Of a DNA stretch of 64,000 nucleotides, positions 49,742 to 59,263 are shown piece after piece. Within the stretch, counting starts at the first letter, position 1, and every line of letters starts with the position of its first letter. The position numbers and the translations under genes are program-made. The stretch is from positions 1,632,001 through 1,696,000 of the forward strand of contig OZ244197.1 of assembly GCA_965216785.1 (NCBI GenBank). The letters are read 5' to 3'. Below the pieces are notes generated by a model. It did no database searches and was not told the origin of the DNA. It was given only the letters and a program-made list of their open reading frames with translations. This DNA comes from Thermodesulfobacteriota bacterium (GTDB taxonomy: Bacteria; Desulfobacterota_D; UBA1144; Nemesobacterales; UBA2774).

Positions 49742-50101
49742 ATGTTTAAAAGCAATAATAAACTTCTACCACTGGCAAGAGAGCTCAGGAAAAATATGAC
49801 CGAAGCCGAAAAGAAGCTTTGGTCCAAGCTGAGTAACCGGCAGATGGATGACCGTCAGTTCTATAGAAAGAGAGTAATAGGTGACTACATAGTAGATTTT
49901 TACTGTCCAAGATCAAAGCTCGTGGTAGAAATAGACGGTGGAAAGCGTTATTTAGGTAAGTCTGAAAAGGATATTAGGGAGAGGGATAGCAGGTTTAGCG
50001 AGCTTGGTTTGACGGTGCTGAGATTCCCCCGAAATGAGGTATTAAATGAACTAGATGGGGTTTTGGAGCAAATTTACTTGGCTTTGAGTAATAAAAACTA
50101 A
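49742..50101 (+). CDS. DUF559 (Vsr-like) endonuclease-domain protein
   Basis: ARELRKNMTEAEKKLW, YIVDFYC, EIDGG and GLTVLRF motifs. Confidence 0.88.
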   Translation: MFKSNNKLLPLARELRKNMTEAEKKLWSKLSNRQMDDRQFYRKRVIGDYIVDFYCPRSKLVVEIDGGKRYLGKSEKDIRERDSRFSELGLTVLRFPRNEVLNELDGVLEQIYLALSNKN

Positions 50102-50310
50102 ACTTCCTATTTCTATCAGATAAAATCGGGAAAAGCATGAATAGCAGGGCCCTAAATTTATAAAGTATATTAATAGAGTAGAGAGAAAACCATGGAAATT
50201 AAATCGACCTGATTATTTTCTAATTAAATCTCCCAAGAAAAAGGCTTTTCATTGCTTTTTAAATGTAGTAAAATTGAATCATTCGTTTATTCCTAAAGGA
50301 GGAAGGGGTT

Positions 50311-51627
50311 ATGAAATATGCGAATCCACAGGCTGGAATCAACTTGTTCCGGTATTCAAAACCGTCATTATACTTTCTGTCTTTAATGCTTTTGCTTCTT
50401 TGTTTATCGCTTATTTATGGAGCGGTCGCCGAGGCCCAGCAGATTGCCTGTCCACAGCGCGGTATCGAGCAGATAACGGACGAGCCTTCGGGTAATAGTG
50501 AGAAACCCTCAGTAAGTGGTAACGGAAAGTTTGTGGCCTTCGAGTCCCGAGCCGATATTAACGGTGGGAACGATGACGGGAACGATGAGGTTTATCTCGC
50601 CAATATTTTGACCGGGGATATCACACAAATTACGAGCTTCGTCACTAATTTCTCAAGCGAAAAACCTTCAGTTAACGGTGACGGCACGCGCGTAGCGTTT
50701 CAGTCACGCGCTAACATAAACGGTAATAACCCCGATAATGTTCTCAACGTATACCTGTTCGATTCTACTACGGGAATAATTACCCAGATAACGGATGTTC
50801 TGACCACGCAGCAGGCAAACGAACCATCGATAAACGGGGACGGTACGCTCATTACCTTCCGCTCAAACGCTAACTTCACAGGCGGAAACGGCGACGGCAG
50901 CACTGAAATATGGGTTTTTAATACAACAAACAGTACATTCATTCAGCTCACGGACAATGGAGTGACAAATAACGAGCCGGCTATAAGCGCAGATGGAACA
51001 AAAGTAGTGTTTCAACATTCCGGTGACGGCAACGTAGAGTTATTTATTGCGGACGTAGCAACCGGAGTTGTCAATCAGTTAACAAACACAGAACCTCCGA
51101 CATTTAGCGTAGACCCGGAAATTAACGGGGATGGGACACTCATTGTATTCAGAGGTAACCGCGGCGGCACGAATCAAATATTCCTTATAGATACTACGAC
51201 CTCGGCGCTGACTCAAATTACCAACTTCGCTGTGCAGTCCACTGAACCTTTTATCAGTGCTGACGGGAAGCGTATCGCTTTCAAAAGTACAGCGGACATA
51301 AATGGCGGGAACCCGGACAATAATAACGAGATATATATATTCGATACCGAGACAGGTAAGTTCACTCAGATAACAGTTACTAGCGGAGGGAATAACGATC
51401 TGCCTTCTTTAAACGCGGACGGTACGAGAGTCGGAATAGAATCAAACGCCAACATAAACGGCGGGAACCCAGACCAAACACCGGATCAGATATACGTTGC
51501 TCTCTGCCTGAACCCGGCGGACGGAAGGCCTATACCTACTCTGTCCGAGTGGGGGCTGATCGCGATGGCGGTAGCGCTTGGGATTGTGGGGCTTCTTGTC
51601 GTTCGTAGGAGAATGGTCGCAGCTTAG
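50311..51627 (+). CDS. IPTL-CTERM sorting-domain protein with TolB/PD40-like beta-propeller repeats
   Basis: Signal peptide; repeats PSxNGDGxxVAFxSxA; C-terminal PIPTLSEWGL-TM-RRR. Confidence 0.92.
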   Translation: MKYANPQAGINLFRYSKPSLYFLSLMLLLLCLSLIYGAVAEAQQIACPQRGIEQITDEPSGNSEKPSVSGNGKFVAFESRADINGGNDDGNDEVYLANILTGDITQITSFVTNFSSEKPSVNGDGTRVAFQSRANINGNNPDNVLNVYLFDSTTGIITQITDVLTTQQANEPSINGDGTLITFRSNANFTGGNGDGSTEIWVFNTTNSTFIQLTDNGVTNNEPAISADGTKVVFQHSGDGNVELFIADVATGVVNQLTNTEPPTFSVDPEINGDGTLIVFRGNRGGTNQIFLIDTTTSALTQITNFAVQSTEPFISADGKRIAFKSTADINGGNPDNNNEIYIFDTETGKFTQITVTSGGNNDLPSLNADGTRVGIESNANINGGNPDQTPDQIYVALCLNPADGRPIPTLSEWGLIAMAVALGIVGLLVVRRRMVAA

Positions 51628-51642
51628 ATGACTTGCGTAAGC

Positions 51643-51670
51643 GAGATTCTTCGCTTCGCTCAGAATGACA
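51643..51670. repeat. REP-like palindrome between convergent genes
   Basis: GAGATTCTTCGCTTCGCTCAGAATGACA (ATTCT/AGAAT stem). Confidence 0.6.
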
Positions 51671-51675
51671 GAACT

Positions 51676-52938
51676 TTAAGATTTTAATTCAAGGGCGAGT
51701 TTTTGGAGCTCTTCCATTCCGACTTCGTGCTCTGAGCTTTCTTTCATATCCCTTAGCTTCACTATGCCGGATTTAAGCTCTTCTTCCCCTATTATCACAG
51801 TGTAACGTGCGCCCGATTTGTCAGCGCGCTTCATCTGGCTCTTTAGGCTCTTGCCGCCGTAGTCAGCCTCCACGCGGGCTCCCGAGCTCCTGAGCTCAAA
51901 AGCAAGCTTAAAGGCCGCATCACGCGCCTGCTCTCCCAAATACGCTATATATATGTCAGTTTCCTTCTCGAAGCCTTCGGGAATAACCTCTTTATGCAGT
52001 AGCACTATTCTCTCAATACCCATCGCGAACCCCACAGCCGGGGTTTCGGGGCCGCCGAGCTCCTTTACCAGCCCGTCGTACCGCCCGCCTGCCGCCACTG
52101 CGTTCTGCGCGCCAAGCCGCTCAGTAGTGAACTCAAAAACGGTCCTCGTATAGTAGTCCAGTCCCCTTACTATTTTCGGGTTAATCTCATACGGAATGCC
52201 TATACTGTCCAGGCTTTCTTTTACTCGTGTGAAATGCTCTGAGCAAGCATCACAAAGGTTGTCCAGCATCTTGGGAGCGTCTTTAGAAACTTCAATGCAG
52301 CTCTTTTGCTTGCAGTCCAATATTCTTAGCGGGTTTGTATCGAGCCTTCTCTGACAGTCCTCGCAAAGCTCGTCCTTGTGTCCTGCGAAATAGTCAGTAA
52401 GCATGGATTTATAGGCCGGCCTGCACTCGCCGTCGCCAAGAGAGCTGAGCTCGAGTGTGACACTTTCGCCAAGACCGATGCCATCGAAAAATCCGCTTAT
52501 CATGGCTATAAGCTCGGCGTCTGACTCCGGGGCCTCGGAGCCGAAAATCTCTGCCCCTATCTGATAGAATCCCCTGTAGCGCCCCTTTTGTGGACGCTCG
52601 TGGCGGAACATCATCCCTGTGTAGTAGAGCTTAATCTGAGGGGATTTAGTGTACATCGAGTTTTCCACGTAGGACCTGACCACACCCGCTGTGCCCTCTG
52701 GTCTTAGAGTGAGAGAAGAGCCGTCTCGGTCGGTGAAGGTGTACATTTCCTTCTCGACTATGTCTGTTGCGGCTCCTATGCTCCTTGCGAACACATCCGT
52801 AAACTCGAGTACGGGAATCCTGATCTCTGAATATCCGTAAAGCTCGCACAGGCGCTTTGCGTTTTCCTCAATGTGATGCCACCTGCCAATATCCTTCGGC
52901 AGGATGTCGTGGAACCCTCTTATCGATCTTACTTTCAT
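51676..52938 (-). CDS. hisS: histidine--tRNA ligase
   Basis: KEMYTF, LRPEGTA, FRHERPQKGRYR, VRGLDYY and GGRYD motifs. Confidence 0.98.
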   Translation of the reverse strand: MKVRSIRGFHDILPKDIGRWHHIEENAKRLCELYGYSEIRIPVLEFTDVFARSIGAATDIVEKEMYTFTDRDGSSLTLRPEGTAGVVRSYVENSMYTKSPQIKLYYTGMMFRHERPQKGRYRGFYQIGAEIFGSEAPESDAELIAMISGFFDGIGLGESVTLELSSLGDGECRPAYKSMLTDYFAGHKDELCEDCQRRLDTNPLRILDCKQKSCIEVSKDAPKMLDNLCDACSEHFTRVKESLDSIGIPYEINPKIVRGLDYYTRTVFEFTTERLGAQNAVAAGGRYDGLVKELGGPETPAVGFAMGIERIVLLHKEVIPEGFEKETDIYIAYLGEQARDAAFKLAFELRSSGARVEADYGGKSLKSQMKRADKSGARYTVIIGEEELKSGIVKLRDMKESSEHEVGMEELQKLALELKS

Positions 52939-53015
52939 ATCTTTTCCCGTAACTACTATTATCTATTGCATATTAACTTGGGCTGGCCTTTTTTAGCTAA
53001 TCCAGAGACAATATT

Positions 53016-53049
53016 TTTGATTTTATTCCCGCGGGCATCGCTGTGAAGC
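53016..53049 (+). repeat. left 34-bp inverted repeat flanking the GT4 gene
   Basis: TTTGATTTTATTCCCGCGGGCATCGCTGTGAAGC; 33/34 match to the reverse complement of 54377-54410. Confidence 0.9.
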
Positions 53050-53225
53050 GCTCGCCTCTGCCCCCGGGCTTATTATATATGAGTCTTGTTATTATTTCTA
53101 ATAAGTGATCTAAGCCCGTGATTCGAGTGAGTTTTGATTGTATACCGTATTGAAATATTGCAGTATTCTATAGATTACAGTTGAGCCGTATGTTAGCCGG
53201 CGTTAACTAACGCAAGTAAATTGTC

Positions 53226-54374
53226 ATGACACAAGGAAAACCGCTTAGAGTAATTTATGTAGGCAGCCCCGAGCTTTTCTCAAAGGGCGCAAGCGCAGTG
53301 CACGTGATGAAGATGTGCGAGGCTATGGGCAGGCTCGGCGTAAGTACGGAGCTGATGCTTTCCTCAAACCATCCGATAGAGGAGATAAGGAGCTACTACG
53401 GCGTCATAGATAATTTCCATATTAGCAAGCTTCCGTACTTCCGCAACACAAGCCTGAGGAATATCGTCCACGGGGTTTTGGCTTCCTTTAAAACCAGGTC
53501 GCAAAGAAGGGATTTTGACCTCGTTGTGACGAGGAATATTGTTTACGCGTATCTGGCGACAGTGTTTTTTAAAATTCCAACGGTATACGACGCGCACCAT
53601 CCGCTGGTGAAAGGCGCGGGGAGGCTCTTTGATTCATTTAAGCGTTCTAAATATCTGATTAGGTTTTCGACCAATTCTGAGGGGCTGGGGAAGATTTATC
53701 TCAGCCTCGGGCTTCCCCCGGAAAAGCTAACGGTCGCGCATAACGGGGTTGATCTCGAGGATTACGAGTCACTTCCCGGCACTAAGGAGGCGAGGGCAGA
53801 GCTTGGGCTTGAAGAGGAGCGCAAGATAATTTGCTATTCCGGGAATATATATGATGGTCGGGGGATCGAGCAGCTTATTGAGTGCGCAAAGGATTTAAAA
53901 GATGTTTTGTTCCTGATAGTAGGAGGCTTGAATGAGGATGTGGAAAGAATCCGCGCCTTGGCACAGAGCCAAAATGCCGCAAACGTTATGCTCACCGGTT
54001 TTGTTGCGCACGCAAGCGTGCCGCTCTACCTTGCATCAGCCGACGCACTGGTACTTCCCTATACTAAGGAAATGACGATCAAAGGCGGGACAAGGGCGAA
54101 GGATTTTACGTCCCCGATTAAGCTCTTTGAGTATATGGCTTCCGGAAAGCCCATTATAGCAAGCGCTATACCCTCTGTAACCGAGGTGTTGGATGACGGA
54201 AAAAACTCCTTACTCGTAGAGCCGGGAAGTGCTGTATCGCTGGGTATGGGCATCCGGAAAGTGCTTGGAGACGGCCAATTTGCCGATGCTATAAAAAGGG
54301 GTGCTCTTGAAGACGTTAAGGATTACTCATGGGAGGGCAGGGTTAAAAAGCTGCTCGGCTGGGGACAGAGTTAA
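53226..54374 (+). CDS. GT4 family glycosyltransferase
   Basis: HNGVD, YSGNI..GRG, SPIKLFEYMASGKPII motifs. Confidence 0.92.
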   Translation: MTQGKPLRVIYVGSPELFSKGASAVHVMKMCEAMGRLGVSTELMLSSNHPIEEIRSYYGVIDNFHISKLPYFRNTSLRNIVHGVLASFKTRSQRRDFDLVVTRNIVYAYLATVFFKIPTVYDAHHPLVKGAGRLFDSFKRSKYLIRFSTNSEGLGKIYLSLGLPPEKLTVAHNGVDLEDYESLPGTKEARAELGLEEERKIICYSGNIYDGRGIEQLIECAKDLKDVLFLIVGGLNEDVERIRALAQSQNAANVMLTGFVAHASVPLYLASADALVLPYTKEMTIKGGTRAKDFTSPIKLFEYMASGKPIIASAIPSVTEVLDDGKNSLLVEPGSAVSLGMGIRKVLGDGQFADAIKRGALEDVKDYSWEGRVKKLLGWGQS

Positions 54375-54376
54375 AT

Positions 54377-54410
54377 GCTTCACAGCGATGCCCGCAGGAA
54401 TAAAATCAAA
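54377..54410 (-). repeat. right 34-bp inverted repeat flanking the GT4 gene
   Basis: GCTTCACAGCGATGCCCGCAGGAATAAAATCAAA, beginning 2 bp after the stop codon. Confidence 0.9.
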
Positions 54411-54510
54411 TAAAGTCTCTTTTATTACCGCTACATTACATGTATCTTATGTGGGCAAAATTATTCTAGTTTATTGACCTTCTTAGAGAGAGAAAGTTAA
54501 GAGAGAGAAT

Positions 54511-56067
54511 GTGAGGGTGAAAATTAAACTTCTGATACTTATAGCTATATTCGGGCTTACGCTCGAAGCTGCAGCTCAACCCGGGCTTGAGGGGGAGGAC
54601 CTGTACTATGAAGACATGAGGGACGCGCCGGTACTCCTTGGAGGCGCGGGAGCTTCAGCCGGGAGCATGCTTCGCGGTAACCCATGGGTAGAGAATTACG
54701 GGGCTGACGAGAACGGGGTGTATAAGTGGCCCGGCACCTATGACCTAACTACTAAAGATTTTCTACGAGACACCGCGATTGCATACGCATTCCAATGGGG
54801 CGCGAGGATGTTCTATGTTAGGAATAAGAACAGCAGGATCTTCAACACTTCGCTCTCAGACTGGTGGGACAACATTACTCAGTGGCCCGAAACGGACGAC
54901 GGCGACGACTTTTTTACAAACCTTGTTACACATCCTATTGTAGGCGCGGTTGATTATCTGTACTACCGCTCCATGGGGCACTCGTTCTGGATGTCCGCAC
55001 TCGGGACAGTGGTGCAGAGTACGCTCTTTGAGTATACGATAGAGGGGCTAGTGGAAACCCCCTCGCTTTCAGATCTCATATTCACGCCTCTTCTAGGTGT
55101 ACCAGCCGGGTTCGTGCTCGAGGAATCATCCGAGTGGCTGGTGGATACGGACTTCGTGCCGGCGAAAATACTAGGTTATATAATCAACCCTATGAGGAAC
55201 TTCGTAGACAGAAGACAGGTGGGTATCTATAACCCTCTTTCAAAGCAGTTTATGTCAATAAGCGGGCCTCTTACGTTTAACGCAAATTCCAACGAAGCGC
55301 TCAGGCTCGGTTACCCGTTTTACATGGAGCCTCCGCTGCCGATCGGAAGATTCATGGCCGATATAGAGATTGTGAACATGGACAAGGACCTCGGAGGAGA
55401 GTTTGTATTCTATTCAGTAAGGGTAGATGTCCCCTCCGCCAATGAGCTCTGGGGTCTTTACGTTCAGATCGCACAGTCCGGAGTGAACGAGATTGTGGTT
55501 GACGACGATCCGCTCTCGGACGGGTTTGAGTTTGCTAATTTATTAGTCGGCGGCAAGCACCTAATAATGAAGTCTCATAACTCCGCAGTCTCTCTTGGTA
55601 TGGATTTATACCTTCCCACTGCGTTTAAAGACAATTTGGACAGACTGCAGACTCTGCTTATGTATAAAAGGAACTTCCCTGTAAACCTTCAGAGCGCGTG
55701 GACGATTACCCCATACATCTCAGGAGCTGTATGGGAGGGGATATTCAGCTTCCAGACGATGGTGGCATCTCAGTTCGTCCTAAACGCTTCTAAGCTCGAG
55801 GGCAACGATTTTGAATATAGGTTTAATTATGCTGCCAGTGTAGGGGCTAATTTCCCGATAATTCTCGCTCCAGTTCTTTTCGCCGAATTCAATGGCTATA
55901 CACAGCCAACGGCCGATACATTTGAGAAAACCGATTTATTCTTTACCGGAGGGTTCCGCTTCGGCAGAAAATTCAACCCCGGATTCGGTGTCCAGGTACC
56001 GCTTCACGGCCCCGATGAGGAGATCTCAAAAGTCGGCTTCATAATAGATTTCCAAGTTAGATTCTAA
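54511..56067 (+). CDS. DUF3943 domain protein with a probable C-terminal outer-membrane beta-barrel
   Basis: Signal peptide; DDGDDFFTNLVTHP, STLFEYTIE and PSLSDLIFTP motifs; alternating strands ending in FQVRF. Confidence 0.75.
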   Translation: MRVKIKLLILIAIFGLTLEAAAQPGLEGEDLYYEDMRDAPVLLGGAGASAGSMLRGNPWVENYGADENGVYKWPGTYDLTTKDFLRDTAIAYAFQWGARMFYVRNKNSRIFNTSLSDWWDNITQWPETDDGDDFFTNLVTHPIVGAVDYLYYRSMGHSFWMSALGTVVQSTLFEYTIEGLVETPSLSDLIFTPLLGVPAGFVLEESSEWLVDTDFVPAKILGYIINPMRNFVDRRQVGIYNPLSKQFMSISGPLTFNANSNEALRLGYPFYMEPPLPIGRFMADIEIVNMDKDLGGEFVFYSVRVDVPSANELWGLYVQIAQSGVNEIVVDDDPLSDGFEFANLLVGGKHLIMKSHNSAVSLGMDLYLPTAFKDNLDRLQTLLMYKRNFPVNLQSAWTITPYISGAVWEGIFSFQTMVASQFVLNASKLEGNDFEYRFNYAASVGANFPIILAPVLFAEFNGYTQPTADTFEKTDLFFTGGFRFGRKFNPGFGVQVPLHGPDEEISKVGFIIDFQVRF

Positions 56068-56201
56068 CACTCCTATTAACAACTAAATTCATAGCCTACT
56101 ATCTCGATTGAAAAATTCTCTTTCTTTTTCCCATATTAATTGTTAGAATGTGGAAAGGGGATAAAGAGTACATAAAGGAGAGGATGGAGGATGAATAGGG
56201 T

Positions 56202-57698
56202 TTGAAAAGCTTATATACAGGCTTTTTTCTAATTTTATTATCTCTCACAATATATACAGGGGTTTTTGCGCAGGAAGAACCTGTAGACCTCTTTGCGACG
56301 GATGAAGAGGGAGTGGTCTATAAGAACGGGGATTTCCTCTATACTCCAAAGCCTGCTGCGGCCCTGGCATATCCCGGAGACAGACCCGCCGGGTTTAAGG
56401 AGTATATGTATGACACCGGTATCTGGTACTCCGTACAGTGGGCAGCCAGGCTATACTGGGTTAGGGACAAGAGCCTCAAGATTTTTAACACCTCGTTTGA
56501 AAAATGGTGGGATAACATTACCGAGAAGCCCAAATGGGACGACGGTGACGACTTTTTCGTTAACTGGATCGCTCACCCGTTCTTTGGGATGCTCTCTTAT
56601 CAGTTCTACAGAGCCCGTGGGCACAGTATGTGGGCCTCAGCGCTGGGCTCGGTTATTCAGAGCACTCTTTTTGAATACGCAATCGAGGGTTTGGCAGTTC
56701 AGCCCTCGCTTATAGATCTTGTCGTAACCCCGGGTTTGGGAGTGCCGCTTGGAATATCTATGGAATACGCGTCGGCATGGCTGTATGAGCAGGACAACAA
56801 GGCGGCTACTATCGGGGCGTACATAACCAATCCCATGCGACTATTCGTTAGGGACAGGCACATAGGTATCTTAAACCCCGTATCGGGTACTTTTGAGTTC
56901 AGGGGGCCGATTACAATTGGTAATACTAAAGAGGACGCGCTCGCGCTCGGCTACCCGCTCTATTTCGAGGGACCTCTTCCGCTCGGTCGTGTTATGGCTG
57001 ATCTGGAGGTAGTAGCCCTTAAGCAGAGCTTCGGCGACCAGCTTTTCTTTTATTCGATCAGACTCGAATTCCCGACAGAAAGTGGAAACACAGGTGTCTA
57101 TATCGACGCTCCGTACGGAGGTGTTAACAACGTAGAGGGCGCCCGTAACGGTTATGAGTTTTCCAATATAACTATTGGTGTAAAGCAGGTGCTGGCCAGG
57201 GCGCACAACTATGCGGTTACAGCCGGACTTGAGTTCGTACCCCCAACTGCGTTTACAGATTCCCAGGGAAGGCTAGGGGCCGTGACCGCATATAGACGTG
57301 ACCTGCCCACCTACATCTACAAAGCTGTGACAGCAACGCCTTATCTGTCGGCAGGAGTGTGGAAAGACGCAGTAAGCCTCCAAGGCAGCGTGGGTACGGA
57401 TTTCATATTTAACGCCGACAATTTTCAGGGGAACAGTTTTGATTTCAGGATCGATTATGCAGCCGCTGCAGGTGTGAATGTGCCGATTGAACTTATCTCT
57501 CCATTGGTCTTCGTCGAGTTTGACGGGTATACGATTACGACTGATGATATAAATGACAAAACAGATCTTTTTGTCACTCCCGGTATAAGGTTTGGCAAGA
57601 GGTTCAGCCCGGGCCTTGCGGTACAGTTCCCGGTTGCAGGACCTACAAGCGACATTGCGGACGCGGATTTTTATTTTGATTTACAGCTAAGGTTCTGA
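56202..57698 (+). CDS. DUF3943 domain protein with a probable C-terminal beta-barrel (tandem paralog)
   Basis: WDDGDDFFVNWIAHP, STLFEYAIE and PSLIDLVVTP motifs; ends in LQLRF; colinear with the upstream gene. Confidence 0.75.
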   Translation: MKSLYTGFFLILLSLTIYTGVFAQEEPVDLFATDEEGVVYKNGDFLYTPKPAAALAYPGDRPAGFKEYMYDTGIWYSVQWAARLYWVRDKSLKIFNTSFEKWWDNITEKPKWDDGDDFFVNWIAHPFFGMLSYQFYRARGHSMWASALGSVIQSTLFEYAIEGLAVQPSLIDLVVTPGLGVPLGISMEYASAWLYEQDNKAATIGAYITNPMRLFVRDRHIGILNPVSGTFEFRGPITIGNTKEDALALGYPLYFEGPLPLGRVMADLEVVALKQSFGDQLFFYSIRLEFPTESGNTGVYIDAPYGGVNNVEGARNGYEFSNITIGVKQVLARAHNYAVTAGLEFVPPTAFTDSQGRLGAVTAYRRDLPTYIYKAVTATPYLSAGVWKDAVSLQGSVGTDFIFNADNFQGNSFDFRIDYAAAAGVNVPIELISPLVFVEFDGYTITTDDINDKTDLFVTPGIRFGKRFSPGLAVQFPVAGPTSDIADADFYFDLQLRF

Positions 57699-57717
57699 TA
57701 TGTAGCCGGCAAAGCTA

Positions 57718-58137
57718 TTACTCAACGACCTTGATAGTGCCTTCCATCCCCTTATCCAGGTGTGAGCCGAATATGCCCGACTGACTGCAGTAGAATTTAA
57801 TAGTGCCTGTTTTAGCGGGTGTGAAAGAGACTTTTAAATCTTTGCCCGAGGGGACAGTTTCCTTAATCTCGATTCCCGATTCAGGGTCGTCTATTACAAA
57901 GTTATGAGGCACTACTGAGGTTACACTCCTAAGGTTCAATTCAACAGGCTTGTTTGCGGTCACCTGAATATGTTCGGGCGTATAGGAGTAGCTGTCTACG
58001 ACAATGTCTATTCTCTGTACTCCGTCTTCGGATGGGGGTACAACTTTGGGAGCTGTATCTGCGCCTTCTGCAAACACGGTGTATGTTGGGATAAATGCCA
58101 ATAAAAGTATTATTGGAAGAGCTGCAAGTCTGCTCAT
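57718..58137 (-). CDS. exported cupredoxin-domain protein
   Basis: Signal peptide; HNF...FYC..H...GMEG type-1 copper ligand pattern. Confidence 0.85.
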   Translation of the reverse strand: MSRLAALPIILLLAFIPTYTVFAEGADTAPKVVPPSEDGVQRIDIVVDSYSYTPEHIQVTANKPVELNLRSVTSVVPHNFVIDDPESGIEIKETVPSGKDLKVSFTPAKTGTIKFYCSQSGIFGSHLDKGMEGTIKVVE

Positions 58138-58406
58138 TGCTGAAGAGAGACGTATACTTCTACGTCTCTGTCATAATTTTCTTTTTGCGCCTCGCACTTT
58201 GTCTCGTCTCCTTCGTTGAGCTCAAGACATTTATCCAGCAGGCGCCTCGACTCTTTTACGTCTCTTCTGGCGTCACTTAGTGATTTCTTGCCCCTTGAAG
58301 TCTCGATAGGATTGTCTATCGCAACTGTCTTTCCGGTTTTGAGCGTGCTGCATCCGGCTAGCGGTAGTAATAAGGTTAGGGTTACAAGTATTAAAGTAAG
58401 ACGCAT
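58134..58406 (-). CDS. small hypothetical lipoprotein
   Basis: GAGG RBS; LAGC lipobox; stop overlaps the cupredoxin ATG (ATGA). Confidence 0.7.
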   Translation of the reverse strand: MRLTLILVTLTLLLPLAGCSTLKTGKTVAIDNPIETSRGKKSLSDARRDVKESRRLLDKCLELNEGDETKCEAQKENYDRDVEVYVSLQQ

Positions 58407-58549
58407 GGCATGACCTCTCTTTCGCAGGTACCTTGGCACTAAACAAAATGCAAGTGGATATATTATATCTGGTTGAGGGTATAAATCTCAAGTTACAGGA
58501 GACTCTTGAAGAAATGAGGGGCGGGGTTTAGGAATTTGATGCTGCGATT

Positions 58550-58582
58550 TGAAAATGAGGGCGGATAAATATACCCGCCCTC
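58550..58582 (-). terminator. intrinsic terminator after the phasin-like gene
   Basis: Minus strand GAGGGCGGGTA-TATT-TATCCGCCCTC-ATTTTC. Confidence 0.6.
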
Positions 58583-58612
58583 GTAACTTCTATAGGAGGT
58601 CGAAAACCGAGA

Positions 58613-59032
58613 TTACATCTTAATAAGATTAAGATAGTCGCCGATGAATGAGAACGCCTTTTCTACATTAGCTTCTGCCTGTGTGCGAGCATCCTTCGTA
58701 ATCTTCTCAGTAACGTTCTTCGCGGCTTGTGCCTGCTCTCTTCTGAACTCGATGTACTTGTCGAACTGGTCACTAATATCTACTGTTTTACCGTTGGCAA
58801 ACGGAAGGTCCTTTGGGAAATCCTTGTAGTATCCGTTTACGTTATTCACAAACTCTTTTTCCATATCGAGGATCTGAGTAACGTGGGCGTTTATCGCGTT
58901 TAGGTTCTGCTCCCACAGTGAAAACGTATATTCGAGTCCATTCAGATAATTTTCTTTAACGATTCCAGAAAATTCCTTTACAGGCTCTGTAAACTCTTTT
59001 GTCTTTTGTGCTGCTTTGGCTGTTGCTGGCAT
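58613..59032 (-). CDS. amphipathic helical protein, possibly phasin-like
   Basis: AGGAGG RBS; 139 aa, all-helical and A/K/E/Q-rich; TGCA-rich repeats upstream. Confidence 0.5.
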   Translation of the reverse strand: MPATAKAAQKTKEFTEPVKEFSGIVKENYLNGLEYTFSLWEQNLNAINAHVTQILDMEKEFVNNVNGYYKDFPKDLPFANGKTVDISDQFDKYIEFRREQAQAAKNVTEKITKDARTQAEANVEKAFSFIGDYLNLIKM

Positions 59033-59263
59033 CTTGCTTTTCCTCCTGGGGAAATTTATTTTAATGATAATATATACATGAGAAGGGGCTTATCAAGGTT
59101 TTTTCTTCGCAGTTGCACAATTTGTTAAGTAGCTCTAAATAAAGGCTGAAACTGCTATCTATTTGCAAATAATATGCAACTGCACAATTTTGTTGGCCAT
59201 TTCGGGAAGCTATGCTAAAACTGTAAGTATGTACTATAAATTCTGTGGATATAATATATTGCT

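Noticed and set aside
58511-58564. Short direct repeat AAATGAGGG(G)CGG near the terminator
   Set aside because: About 12 bp and one copy is part of the terminator stem; no further structure
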